This document shows positions 19,132-27,602 of a stretch of 64,000 nucleotides of DNA, piece after piece (within the stretch, counting starts at the first letter, position 1; every line of letters starts with the position of its first letter). Made by a program: the position numbers and the translations under genes. The notes beneath the pieces were generated by a model, which was not told where the DNA came from, did not search any database, and saw only the letters and a list, made by a program, of their open reading frames with translations. The stretch comes from Longimicrobiales bacterium (GTDB taxonomy: Bacteria > Gemmatimonadota > Gemmatimonadetes > Longimicrobiales > Gaopeijiaceae): positions 160,001 to 224,000 of the forward strand of contig OZ241892.1 in NCBI GenBank assembly GCA_965203485.1, read 5' to 3'.

Positions 19132-21827
19132 CGGGCGCTGCCGCCGATGGGATCGCCTGCCGGCAACGGCAACACCTGCGCCGGAACCGTGTTCTCGATC
19201 CGAACCTGCCACCGCCGGATGTCGGCGTGCACGAGACGTTCGTGCGGAGACCGGTCCAGCCGGTCGCCGGCGATCCGTCCGGTCAGGCGTCCAGCCAAGC
19301 GGCCGATGCCCGAGTTCATGCCTTCGGTGATCCCCTCGAGAGCACCGGCCAACCGGTCCAGCCTGTCCGACAGCACCGCCCGCACTTCGGGCGCGGACGC
19401 CTCGCTGGACGCGCGTTCCATCATTCGGTCCACCACGGCCCGCTGGATTGCATGCAGCACCTGCAGCTCGTATTCGTCGTCGGGCTTGTCCGCGTCCCAG
19501 GTGGCCTCGACCAGCTGGTCCGTCACCTCCTCCAAGTTCGGATAGCCCTCGTCGAGGCTGCCGTAGGCGACGAGCCGGGCCATGCGCTGCGGATGGAGGA
19601 CCTCGCCCACGGAGAAGTCCGCCGCCGCCGCCGCCGCCGCGATCGGATCGAACAGCAGCTCGGTGCGCCCGGGAAACGCCTCGCCCTCTTGGTGGCGGTA
19701 GGCCGGCGGCGGCATCGCCGTCACCAAGTCCTCCGGAAGCTTGAGGAAGTCCACGGTCAAGGTGGACAGGATGGCCTCGAGCGCCCGGCGCTGCTCGTCG
19801 CCGGGCACGATCTCGACCGGGACTTGACCGTCGCCCTTGACGGCGTAGCGGTAGTTGGCGCCTCCCAGGCTCTGCGCCGCCGACCGCAGCTGGAAGCGGT
19901 GGTGCATGTAGAGGGGCAGGAGAACGTACTCCAGGTCCGACAGCGGCCGGCCCTCGCGGATCATGTCTTCGCCGAAGCGCGCCATGCCGATCTCGCGCAC
20001 GCGCAACTCGTGCTCCAGGTGGTCCACCAAGTTGGCGCCGTTGTCCCAGACGCTGGCGTACTGGTGCGCCGCGCCGACGAAGTTGTTGTTGCTGTGCGCC
20101 ATGAATTCCAGCCCGTCGTCGATTCCCCGCATTACGATGGCCTCGAGCGCGGCGGCTTCGTCGGTTCCTTCGGGGAACTCCCGGTACAGCCATTCCACCG
20201 ACAGCTTGTCGTACTCGCCGATGCGCTGCACGTAGGCGTTGGAAAGGTCCAGCTGGCCGCCCCTGATCTCGACGAGCGGCGCCGGATAGTCCATCACGCT
20301 CTCGCGGCCGTAGGCGCTGGCCAGGAAGTTGTGCGGAAAGCCCAGCGTGTGGCCGACTTCGTGCGCGGACAGCTGGCGAACCCGGGCCAGGGCCATCTCC
20401 ACCGCGTCGCCGTTGCTGGCCGCTTCGGCCAAGTACTCGAAGACGGGCGCGGCCGCCAAGCAGGCGCCGTCGTGCATCGGGCCGCCGCCGTGCATGGACG
20501 CGCCGTTCGTTCCCCACGCCGCCCCGAAGCCGTCGCCCGCCGCCCGGCTCGATCCGCCCGGCGACGCGCTGCCGTCCGGGAACGGCGCCGTCATTCCTTG
20601 CGCGAGCAGATAGTCCTGCCGCAATCGCAAGCTGCCCAGGTTCACGACGCCGCGGATGATCTCGCCCGTGCGCGGATCGGTGACGGTGTTCCCGTAGGAG
20701 TAGCCGCGCGTCCTGCGGTGCGTCCAGTGGATCATGTTGTAGCGGATGTCCTGCGGGTCCACGCCGTCGGGCAACGCTTCGACTTGGAAGGCGTTCACGA
20801 ACCCGGCGGCTTCGAAGGCGTCCGCCCACCAGCGCGCCCCCTCGATCAGCGCGCTGCGCACGGGCTCGGGCGTTCCCGGGTCCACATAGTACACGATCGG
20901 CTCGACGGGCTCCGACGGGGCGGGGCCGGGGTTGCGCTTCTGGAGCCGGTGCCGGGCGGCCAGGCGAATTCGCAGGTCCTGGTCGATGGGCTTGGCGTAG
21001 TCGTAGATGGTGGGTCCGTTGACGCCTATGCGCGGGTCCGCGACCCGTGGCCTGTAGCCGTCGTCCGGCAGGCGGATGAACGAATGGTGCTGGCGAAGCG
21101 TGACCGCACTGGGGTTGACGGCGACGCCGCGAACCAAGCCGCCCGGGTTGGCGCTGGTGAAGGTGAGCAGGGCCTCGACCTCGGTGTTCTCGGGAAACGA
21201 CCGGGTCGCGGGCGTGTGAATGGCGGAGCGGGACCGGTCGAGCTGGAAGTTCCCCTGCCCGCGTTGCGCCATTTGGGCCGCCGCTCCGCGGGCGTCGCGT
21301 ATGAAGAAGGGCGTGGCGTCCACGAGCGCCCGTCCGCCCGACTCGGCGACGACGTCGAAGCCCCAGTAGACCGAAGGCGCGAAGGCGTCGCGCACGGCCT
21401 GCACCTCGGTCGCGTTGTCGCTGCGCGCCTGGAACCGGTAGTTCGGCTCCATGAGCAGAAGCCGCGGCCCGACCCGCTTCGGCTCGAGCACGTGCGTGCC
21501 CCGCAACTGCCCGCGGTCGATGCCCACGGGATTGGACCCCAGCCCCGACCCCATCGACACCTGATAGAGGAATTCGCCCGCTCCCGGGTCGATCTCCCAG
21601 TAAAGAACCCCCTTGGCTTCGTCCCAGTAGAGGTCGAAGAAGCCCTCCATGGCCGTCGCGCCCTCGGTCTTCTCGGCGATGGAGGGCAGGCCCTCCCTGA
21701 CGTCCTGCGCGGCAATGGGCCCGATTGCGCCGAAGGTCGTGGCGAAGGCGAGGACGGCGGCCGCGGGCGGCCCGGCGAGCGGACGAGCGGGTCCGGAGGA
21801 ACAGACCGCGAAGCGTGTGGTGGACAT
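19128..21827 (-). CDS. Secreted zinc-dependent metalloprotease (EcxA/DUF4953-DUF5117 type)
   Basis: [12 protein letters not shown] zinc motif, Met-turn [32 protein letters not shown] before ATG 21827. Confidence 0.88.
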   Translation of the reverse strand: MSTTRFAVCSSGPARPLAGPPAAAVLAFATTFGAIGPIAAQDVREGLPSIAEKTEGATAMEGFFDLYWDEAKGVLYWEIDPGAGEFLYQVSMGSGLGSNPVGIDRGQLRGTHVLEPKRVGPRLLLMEPNYRFQARSDNATEVQAVRDAFAPSVYWGFDVVAESGGRALVDATPFFIRDARGAAAQMAQRGQGNFQLDRSRSAIHTPATRSFPENTEVEALLTFTSANPGGLVRGVAVNPSAVTLRQHHSFIRLPDDGYRPRVADPRIGVNGPTIYDYAKPIDQDLRIRLAARHRLQKRNPGPAPSEPVEPIVYYVDPGTPEPVRSALIEGARWWADAFEAAGFVNAFQVEALPDGVDPQDIRYNMIHWTHRRTRGYSYGNTVTDPRTGEIIRGVVNLGSLRLRQDYLLAQGMTAPFPDGSASPGGSSRAAGDGFGAAWGTNGASMHGGGPMHDGACLAAAPVFEYLAEAASNGDAVEMALARVRQLSAHEVGHTLGFPHNFLASAYGRESVMDYPAPLVEIRGGQLDLSNAYVQRIGEYDKLSVEWLYREFPEGTDEAAALEAIVMRGIDDGLEFMAHSNNNFVGAAHQYASVWDNGANLVDHLEHELRVREIGMARFGEDMIREGRPLSDLEYVLLPLYMHHRFQLRSAAQSLGGANYRYAVKGDGQVPVEIVPGDEQRRALEAILSTLTVDFLKLPEDLVTAMPPPAYRHQEGEAFPGRTELLFDPIAAAAAAADFSVGEVLHPQRMARLVAYGSLDEGYPNLEEVTDQLVEATWDADKPDDEYELQVLHAIQRAVVDRMMERASSEASAPEVRAVLSDRLDRLAGALEGITEGMNSGIGRLAGRLTGRIAGDRLDRSPHERLVHADIRRWQVRIENTVPAQVLPLPAGDPIGGSAR

Positions 21828-22183
21828 TGAGGGTGCCTCCTGCGTCATGCGGTGAGTGGACGGGCCCGCAACAAGCGGAGGGCGGGCCAAGACGGCCCCG
21901 GCACGGCGGCCGGGCGAGCACCGTCGGGACCGTAAGGTATCCGCCTCTTCCGCCGGAGCAAGGCGGCCCGCCGATCCGACTGCCCCATGGCGTCCCCCGC
22001 GATGGCTGTCTCGGCGTTCCGGGCGCGTTGCTCCAGAAGCCGAGCCCGGCGGGCCCAATCGCCCCCGTCAGCGCCGCGCGCACGATTTCGGGTTCGCTAA
22101 GAGCCCTCCGTCATCCGCCCCACAGCCGGGGTCGGCGACGACCGGAACCCCTCGCATGTCGGATCGGCCACCGCGTAGCCGAC

Positions 22184-22212
22184 TTGCCAAGCACGACCAG
22201 TGAAGCTACCTT
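22184..22212 (+). promoter_or_regulatory. Putative sigma70 promoter TTGCCA-N17-TACCTT
   Basis: Good -35/-10 spacing, 55 bp upstream of the DUF262 start codon. Confidence 0.5.
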
Positions 22213-22267
22213 TGCGGCCTGTCCCCCAACTCTCCCGGCGCAGTTCCGACGGCACTGGAGCAAGAAG

Positions 22268-23368
22268 ATGAGCGACAACAGGGAGTTGCCCTCCGTTTCG
22301 ATCGTATCCAACGGAGATCAATTGGATGGAGATGCCATTGATGAACAAGACGAATCTGGAGGCGCCATTCGCTATTTGATCATGAGCTATGGATCTGACA
22401 TCCCGGTAGATACGATAGTGACTAGACTGAAGAGAGAAGACATATTCGTGCCATCGTTTCAAAGGGATTTTATTTGGACGCTCTCGCAAGCTTCCCGCTT
22501 CATCGAGTCGCTGTTGTTGGGATTGCCGGTCCCTGGCGTTTTCCTGTTCAAGGATCCCGATACCGAGAAACTGATGGTCGTGGATGGCCAACAACGCCTT
22601 CGCACACTGGAGGCTTTTCATGATGGCTCATTTGGCGAACGACGTTTTCGCCTAACCAACGTATCACCGGAATTCGACGGAAAGACGTACGACGACCTAA
22701 CGCAGACCGACCGTCGCCGTCTTGATCATTCCATCATTCATGCGACCGTGTTTCATCAGGGAGAGCCAAGCGACGACCGGAGCTCCATCTACTCGGTTTT
22801 TGAACGTCTGAACACAGGAGGAAGTCCGCTTCATCCGCAGGAAATTCGAGCGTCCGTGTTTCGCGGACGTCTCAACGATCTGTTGTCCGACTTGTCGGTC
22901 AATGACCAGTGGAAAGAACTATATGGATCGCACGGCAAGAGAAAGAAAGACGAAGAGCTAATCCTCAGATTCTTGGCATTGAATGAATCGCTTCAGAAGT
23001 ATGAGCGTCCCATGAAGAGATTCTTGAACAACTTCATGGAAGCGAACAGGAATCCCGACGTGCGAACGCTAGCCAAGTATCGTCGCGTTTTCGAAGACAC
23101 GGTGGATATTGTTTCACGAATGCTGGGACGAAGGGTTTTGCGACCAGAACGGAATCTCAACGTATCTGTGGTCGACGCGGTCTTTGTTGGCCTTGCTCGG
23201 CGGCTTGAACATGGCCCCGTGGTCGACGAAAAATCATTGCAACATGCTACCGACAGCATACTGGAGACTCTCAAGAACGAAGATCTGTACAAGGTAGGCA
23301 CTACAAACAAGGATCGAGTAGCAAAGAGAATCGAGATTGCAGTCTGCGCATACAGAGGTGTTGATTGA
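22268..23368 (+). CDS. DUF262 (ParB/sulfiredoxin-like, GmrSD N-terminal type) domain protein
   Basis: VPSFQRDFIW, FIESLLLGLPVP, VVDGQQRL and FERLNTGG motifs; low-GC DNA. Confidence 0.88.
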   Translation: MSDNRELPSVSIVSNGDQLDGDAIDEQDESGGAIRYLIMSYGSDIPVDTIVTRLKREDIFVPSFQRDFIWTLSQASRFIESLLLGLPVPGVFLFKDPDTEKLMVVDGQQRLRTLEAFHDGSFGERRFRLTNVSPEFDGKTYDDLTQTDRRRLDHSIIHATVFHQGEPSDDRSSIYSVFERLNTGGSPLHPQEIRASVFRGRLNDLLSDLSVNDQWKELYGSHGKRKKDEELILRFLALNESLQKYERPMKRFLNNFMEANRNPDVRTLAKYRRVFEDTVDIVSRMLGRRVLRPERNLNVSVVDAVFVGLARRLEHGPVVDEKSLQHATDSILETLKNEDLYKVGTTNKDRVAKRIEIAVCAYRGVD

Positions 23369-23835
23369 ATTTCCATAACAGAGACAGCGCCCGCTTGAGA
23401 TTTGCGATCGATGCAGTGCGAAGAGAATGCCGTACAGAAGATATGTCGGAAGTGCAACGAGATCGATTGGCGCAGTTGGCGACCATTTGGGCATCTGGAT
23501 ATTTGGAAATCACGTGCCGGGAATTGATACTGTCTTATGCAAAACAGAGATGCGACGCCAGTGTGTCCAAATACGTCGGTTGGAATTTAGCGCGGCTTCG
23601 CAATCCCAAGGTAAAGCGAATTACGGAGGAGATTCGGAAGTTTGATGTTGATATTGCAAAGGAACTCATGCGTTCGTGCTCCGGGCGCATCAGCGAGAGC
23701 GTCGACAGCATTGTGAGTCTTCGTAACGTTGTAGCGCACGGCGGAGCGGCAAGCATTACGCTGGATGGAATATTGGATCATTTTGAGAATGCGTTGCAGT
23801 TTACTGCGAAGATCCAAGAACTCCTTGCCAAATGA
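23365..23835 (+). CDS. HEPN domain protein (RiboL-PSP-HEPN / MAE_28990-like), putative RNase
   Basis: Rx4H motif RNVVAH in a small helical protein; TTGA overlap with the DUF262 stop. Confidence 0.78.
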   Translation: MNFHNRDSARLRFAIDAVRRECRTEDMSEVQRDRLAQLATIWASGYLEITCRELILSYAKQRCDASVSKYVGWNLARLRNPKVKRITEEIRKFDVDIAKELMRSCSGRISESVDSIVSLRNVVAHGGAASITLDGILDHFENALQFTAKIQELLAK

Positions 23836-23944
23836 TGGCGGTGTTATTTTCGGTGCTCCGTGCGGGCGTGCCGACGATGTGGTTTATAGGCTTATGAAGA
23901 CGAAGAAAACGGCGATTGCCCGGCGGAGGACGATTGCGAACCAG

Positions 23945-24264
23945 ATGTTCGTGAGTTTGCCGGTGAAGGACCTGCGGCGGTCGCGAGCCTTCTTTGCGAC
24001 GCTGGGGTTCGGATTCGACGAACTCCTCAGCGACCAATCGGCGGCGTGCGTGGCGCTCGGGGCCGGGAAGCATGCGATGTTGGCGACGGAGGAGTTCTTT
24101 TCCGGCTTTGCGCCGGGACGACAAATCGCGGACGCGTCTCGGCACGTCGAGGTCGTCGTCGGGCTGGCGGTGAGCAGTCGCGAGGAAGTGGACGTGTTGG
24201 CCGACAAGGCGCTGTCGGCAGGCGGGAAGGCGTACCGAGAGGCGATGGACTACGGTTGGATGTA
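23945..24264 (+). pseudogene. VOC/glyoxalase family gene, 5' fragment interrupted by IS3
   Basis: MFVSLPVKDLRRSRAFFATLGF...SSREEVD...AMDYGWMY is cut exactly at the IS left end; start may be at 23894. Confidence 0.8.
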
Positions 24265-24322
24265 TGGAGTTGCCCCGGCATGGTGGACACGTTCAATCTT
24301 TCGGGACGAGGAGGAGTCCACG

Positions 24323-24637
24323 ATGCCGAAGAAACGCAAGCAGTACCCGCTGGAGTACCGGCGGCGAATGGTGGATCTGGCGCGTTCGGGCCGGTCGCCG
24401 GAGGCGCTGGCGCGTGAGTTCGAGCCGTCGGCGCCGACGATCCGCAACTGGGTCGAGCAGGCCGATCTCGACGAGGGCCGTCGCGACGACGGGACGACGA
24501 CGCGCGAGCGGGACGAGTTGCGCCGCCTGAAGCGGGAGAACAAGCAGTTGCGCCTCGAGCGCGACATTCTAAAAAAAGCCGCGGCCTGGTTCGCTCGGGA
24601 GAGCGGCTCGATTCCCGGAGAGGGTTCGAGTTCGTGA
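24323..24637 (+). CDS. IS3 transposase OrfA (HTH plus leucine zipper)
   Basis: MPKKRKQYPLEYRR...TIRNWVEQ...ELRRLKRENKQLRLERDILKKAAAWF; GAGGAG RBS. Confidence 0.92.
   Translation: MPKKRKQYPLEYRRRMVDLARSGRSPEALAREFEPSAPTIRNWVEQADLDEGRRDDGTTTRERDELRRLKRENKQLRLERDILKKAAAWFARESGSIPGEGSSS
24571..24578 (+). promoter_or_regulatory. Programmed -1 ribosomal frameshift site (A7G)
   Basis: AAAAAAAG near the orfA 3' end; the -1 frame is open through to orfB. Confidence 0.8.
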
Positions 24638-25482
24638 AAGCGCACCGGGCCGTGTTTCCCGTGCGCGCGATGTGCCGCGTCCTCGGTCTCTCCCCGAGCG
24701 GCTTCTATGCATGGCTGAAGCGTCCCCGATCGGCGAGCGCGTTGCGCGACGACGCGTTGCGCGTCTTGGTGCGCCGCAGCTGGGAAGCGAGCCGGCGGAC
24801 GTACGGGCGACCGCGCATCCACGCCGATCTCGCGGCCTGGGGCGAGCGCGTCGGTCCGAAGCGCGTCGCCCGCCTCATGCGCGAGGAGGGCATCGAAGGC
24901 GCGAGCCGCAGGCGCCGCAAGGTGGCGCTGACGGTGCGCGACGCCCACGCGCGCCCGGCTCCGGACTTGGTCGAGCGCGACTTCAGCGCCGAAGGCCCCG
25001 ACCAGCTCTGGGTCGCCGACATCACGTACGTGCCGGCCGGGGCCGGATGGCTCTACCTGGCGGTCGTCGTCGACGCCTGGAGCCGCCGCGTCGTCGGCTG
25101 GGCCATGGAGACGCACCTGCGCGGCGAACTCGTCGAGCGCGCGCTCGCCATGGCCGTCGAGAACCGCAGTCCAGAGACCGTGATCCATCACTCGGACCAG
25201 GGGTCGCAGTACACGTCCTGGGCGTTCGGCGAGCGGTGCAGGAAGGCCGGCGTGCGTCGCTCGACGGGCTCGGTGGGCGACGCCTACGACAACGCGATGT
25301 GCGAGAGCTTCTTCGCCACGTTGGAATGCGAGTTGCTGGACCGTTGCCAGTTCACAAGTCCGGCCGAAGCCCGGCGCGCCGTCTTCGCCTTCATCGAAGG
25401 CTTCTACAACTCGCGGCGCCGACACTCGGCGCTCGGCTACGAATCCCCCGCCGGCTTCGAGCGCAAGCGTGCGGTCGCGTAA
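24634..25482 (+). CDS. IS3 transposase OrfB (DDE/rve integrase core)
   Basis: WVADITY, HHSDQGSQY, DNAMCESFF, YNSRRRHSALGY. Confidence 0.95.
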   Translation: MKAHRAVFPVRAMCRVLGLSPSGFYAWLKRPRSASALRDDALRVLVRRSWEASRRTYGRPRIHADLAAWGERVGPKRVARLMREEGIEGASRRRRKVALTVRDAHARPAPDLVERDFSAEGPDQLWVADITYVPAGAGWLYLAVVVDAWSRRVVGWAMETHLRGELVERALAMAVENRSPETVIHHSDQGSQYTSWAFGERCRKAGVRRSTGSVGDAYDNAMCESFFATLECELLDRCQFTSPAEARRAVFAFIEGFYNSRRRHSALGYESPAGFERKRAVA

Positions 25483-25610
25483 AGTGCACCGACCCCCTCG
25501 ACACGAGACCGTTCGGCGCCCTTGCGCCTCCGTCCTTCCTAAAGTCATGTTTCACATTGCACCATCTGAACCCAAGATCCTTGCCCGTCCACCATACCGG
25601 GGCAACTCCA

Positions 25611-25694
25611 TTGCACATGGACGAGAGAAAAATGGACGAAGAGAGGACGGCGACGCCGGGGGCGCGCGCGCAACAAGGAGAGCACGCGGAATGA
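25611..25694 (+). pseudogene. Probable 3' remnant of the interrupted VOC gene
   Basis: Reads LHMDERKMDEE... directly after the IS right end, resembling the xxMD C-terminal tail of this VOC subfamily. Confidence 0.5.
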
Positions 25695-25876
25695 CCGCGG
25701 TCCGGGGGCTCAAATACGCTCCGGTTGCCCGTTTGGATTGAGGATGGGAATCCCGGCGGTGGACGAAAGGGCAGGACCTTGGACATCGATCTGCGGGAAG
25801 CGGCCAAGAAGGGACTCGGAGCCCGGCGCCTGGCAAGCCCGAAGACGCCGTCGGGGTCAGCCCCAGCGCGTCCACT

Positions 25877-27070
25877 TCATTCTGGGCCGTTCTCCCAGAG
25901 AAGGCGATAGACATGGATCTGGGGCATGTCCAGGTCGTCAGTGGCGAAGCCCAGAAGCTTTTCGTCTGTTGCGTCAAGGACCCGAAAATTCGACGGCAGG
26001 CGAACGGAGGCGATGTGGCGGCCTCGTCGCGTGAACGCCGCCCATTCCCACAGAATCTCGCCGGGCTGGCCTCTTAGTCCAATCCAGAGTCTGTCCCGGT
26101 CGTCGACGGCCATTCCGACGACGGGAGCCCACGTGTACGGAGCTCCGTCCCGGAGAATGCTTGCAATGGCTGGGCTCTGGTTGGCGACCACGGAATCGAA
26201 ATGCTCGGACGACACGGGGATTGGGCGTGTCGGATAGAAGAACGACGCCGAGTCCGTCGCGTCGGTGTCGAACACGGTTACCGACAGGGCATTCGAGTTC
26301 ACGTATGCGAAGCCGCCACCAGGCAGTACGCGAACGAACCCTTGGCGTCCGTAAGGATGGTCTGCGACCGACACGCGGCCCGGCGATCTGACGACCAACT
26401 GCTCGCGCGACGGTGCCAGAAAGACGGAATCAAGCAGTTCCACCTCGGCAGACGCGTCGAGGATGGAGAACACGTCGTGGTGGACTGCGTCCGTCCTGGC
26501 GTCGGCGCCAGCGTGGAAGGCGGGCATGGACACAGCCAAGTAATTCCTCGCCGCCCCAGCCAAGCGCCACAGATTCTCGACGTATGCGGGGACCCCGGTC
26601 AAACGGCTGGAGTCGGGACGTTGGCCGGCGAACACGGTCGCGCGCTTGATGGCGGGGTCGAACACGAACAGGCTGTCGTCGGGGAGCGCTTGTATGTTGG
26701 CCTTCACCACGAACTCGCCTGGTCCCTCGCCTTCCCGGCCGAAGATCGCCAAGGGTCGCAGAAGGGAATCGAGCGCGAGCACGCCGGGTTGCCCCGGGTC
26801 GTTGACGTACACCGCGTGCCGGTGCCCAAATTCGAGACCCAAGACCACCGACAAAAGCACGTCCGCACCGGAGGAGGCTGCCCGCTCCACGCCGATCCAA
26901 GAGTCTTCCGACGCCCACGGGCGGGCGCCTTGATTCCGGGGCGAGCTCTCGGAACACGAGACAAGCGTAGAGAACAGCAAGGCGAACGCGACCCGCGCAC
27001 CGCAGTTCGACGGGAAGGGGGCCGCGGCCCCCCTCCCACCGCGTCTGGCACGATCGTGCCGGACGCCCAC
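25877..27070 (-). CDS. Six-bladed beta-propeller-like (NHL-type) lipoprotein
   Basis: Lipobox-like LVSC; FGREGEGPGEF; DSLFVFD; VDDRDRLWI; DDLDMPQIHVYRL C-terminus. Start uncertain; GTG at 27070 overlaps the upstream TAG. Confidence 0.75.
   Translation of the reverse strand: MGVRHDRARRGGRGAAAPFPSNCGARVAFALLFSTLVSCSESSPRNQGARPWASEDSWIGVERAASSGADVLLSVVLGLEFGHRHAVYVNDPGQPGVLALDSLLRPLAIFGREGEGPGEFVVKANIQALPDDSLFVFDPAIKRATVFAGQRPDSSRLTGVPAYVENLWRLAGAARNYLAVSMPAFHAGADARTDAVHHDVFSILDASAEVELLDSVFLAPSREQLVVRSPGRVSVADHPYGRQGFVRVLPGGGFAYVNSNALSVTVFDTDATDSASFFYPTRPIPVSSEHFDSVVANQSPAIASILRDGAPYTWAPVVGMAVDDRDRLWIGLRGQPGEILWEWAAFTRRGRHIASVRLPSNFRVLDATDEKLLGFATDDLDMPQIHVYRLLWENGPE
27012..27060. promoter_or_regulatory. 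Two inverted repeats just downstream of the peptide gene
   Basis: Perfect 14-bp palindrome GGCACGATCGTGCC (27047-27060) and an 11-bp GC stem GGGAGGGGGGC-CGCG-GCCCCCTTCCC on the minus strand (27012-27037). Confidence 0.55.
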
Positions 27071-27273
27071 TACATCAGGCATCCGATGCCCGAGCACGCC
27101 TCGCACTGTCCGTGCTTGTCAATCGAGCATCGGTCGCCGCAGCACTTCTTCTCGCCGTTGTGATAGCAGCAGGCTTGGCTGTTGGCGGCCGATGCCGAAG
27201 ACGGCGACAGGAGCATCCATCCTCCGACCAGGATGGTCGCCCCGGCTAGCAGGTTGAGGATGAAGCGGTTCAT
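27070..27273 (-). CDS. Small secreted cysteine-rich peptide (67 aa precursor, 8 Cys)
   Basis: Strong AAGGAGG RBS; Sec signal MNRFILNLLAGATILVGGWMLLSPSSASA; mature ANSQACCYHNGEKKCCGDRCSIDKHGQCEACSGIGCLM. Confidence 0.82.
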   Translation of the reverse strand: MNRFILNLLAGATILVGGWMLLSPSSASAANSQACCYHNGEKKCCGDRCSIDKHGQCEACSGIGCLM

Positions 27274-27602
27274 GCGACCTCCTTGTTGGGTTGTGGAACC
27301 ACCGCTTGCATAGGGAGGATACGCAGGGAGGCCGAATCGGGGAGTGTCATTTTTCGTCGGCAAGCGCCGCTGCGGCCGCGCACGGCGCCCTCCCCAGCGT
27401 CTTGCCAGCAGCCGTCGGCAGTTGGGCGCGCGTGCAGGGCTGATCGGGCGGGGGCGTGGTGGGTTCGCAGCGCTTGGGGGCGAGAACGGCCGCTGCGGCG
27501 CCGATGCCCGAGGCCGACGGGGGGCCGGCTGGCGGGAATGGATATATTCACGCGTCCGGCGTCCGTCCGGGGCGCGGCAATCCGATCACGACTCAGGCAG
27601 CG

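Larger units (their letters stand above)
24265..25610 (+). mobile_element. IS3-family insertion sequence, 1346 bp
   Basis: TG...CA ends; 24-bp terminal inverted repeats TGGAGTTGCCCCGG(C/T)ATGGTGGAC (23/24 match); orfA/orfB organisation. Confidence 0.95.

Noticed and set aside
18993..22083. 945-aa plus-strand ORF and the long N-terminal extension of the aldolase ORF
   Set aside because: Both overlap the metalloprotease gene in other frames; the aldolase has its own ATG at 19131.
25691..25910. Short ORFs to the right of the IS
   Set aside because: No recognisable motif or consistent frame; possibly gene debris, but unsupported.
27070..27273. RiPP (lanthipeptide/ranthipeptide) precursor
   Set aside because: The leader looks like a Sec signal rather than a double-glycine RiPP leader, and no modifying enzyme or peptidase-transporter is adjacent.
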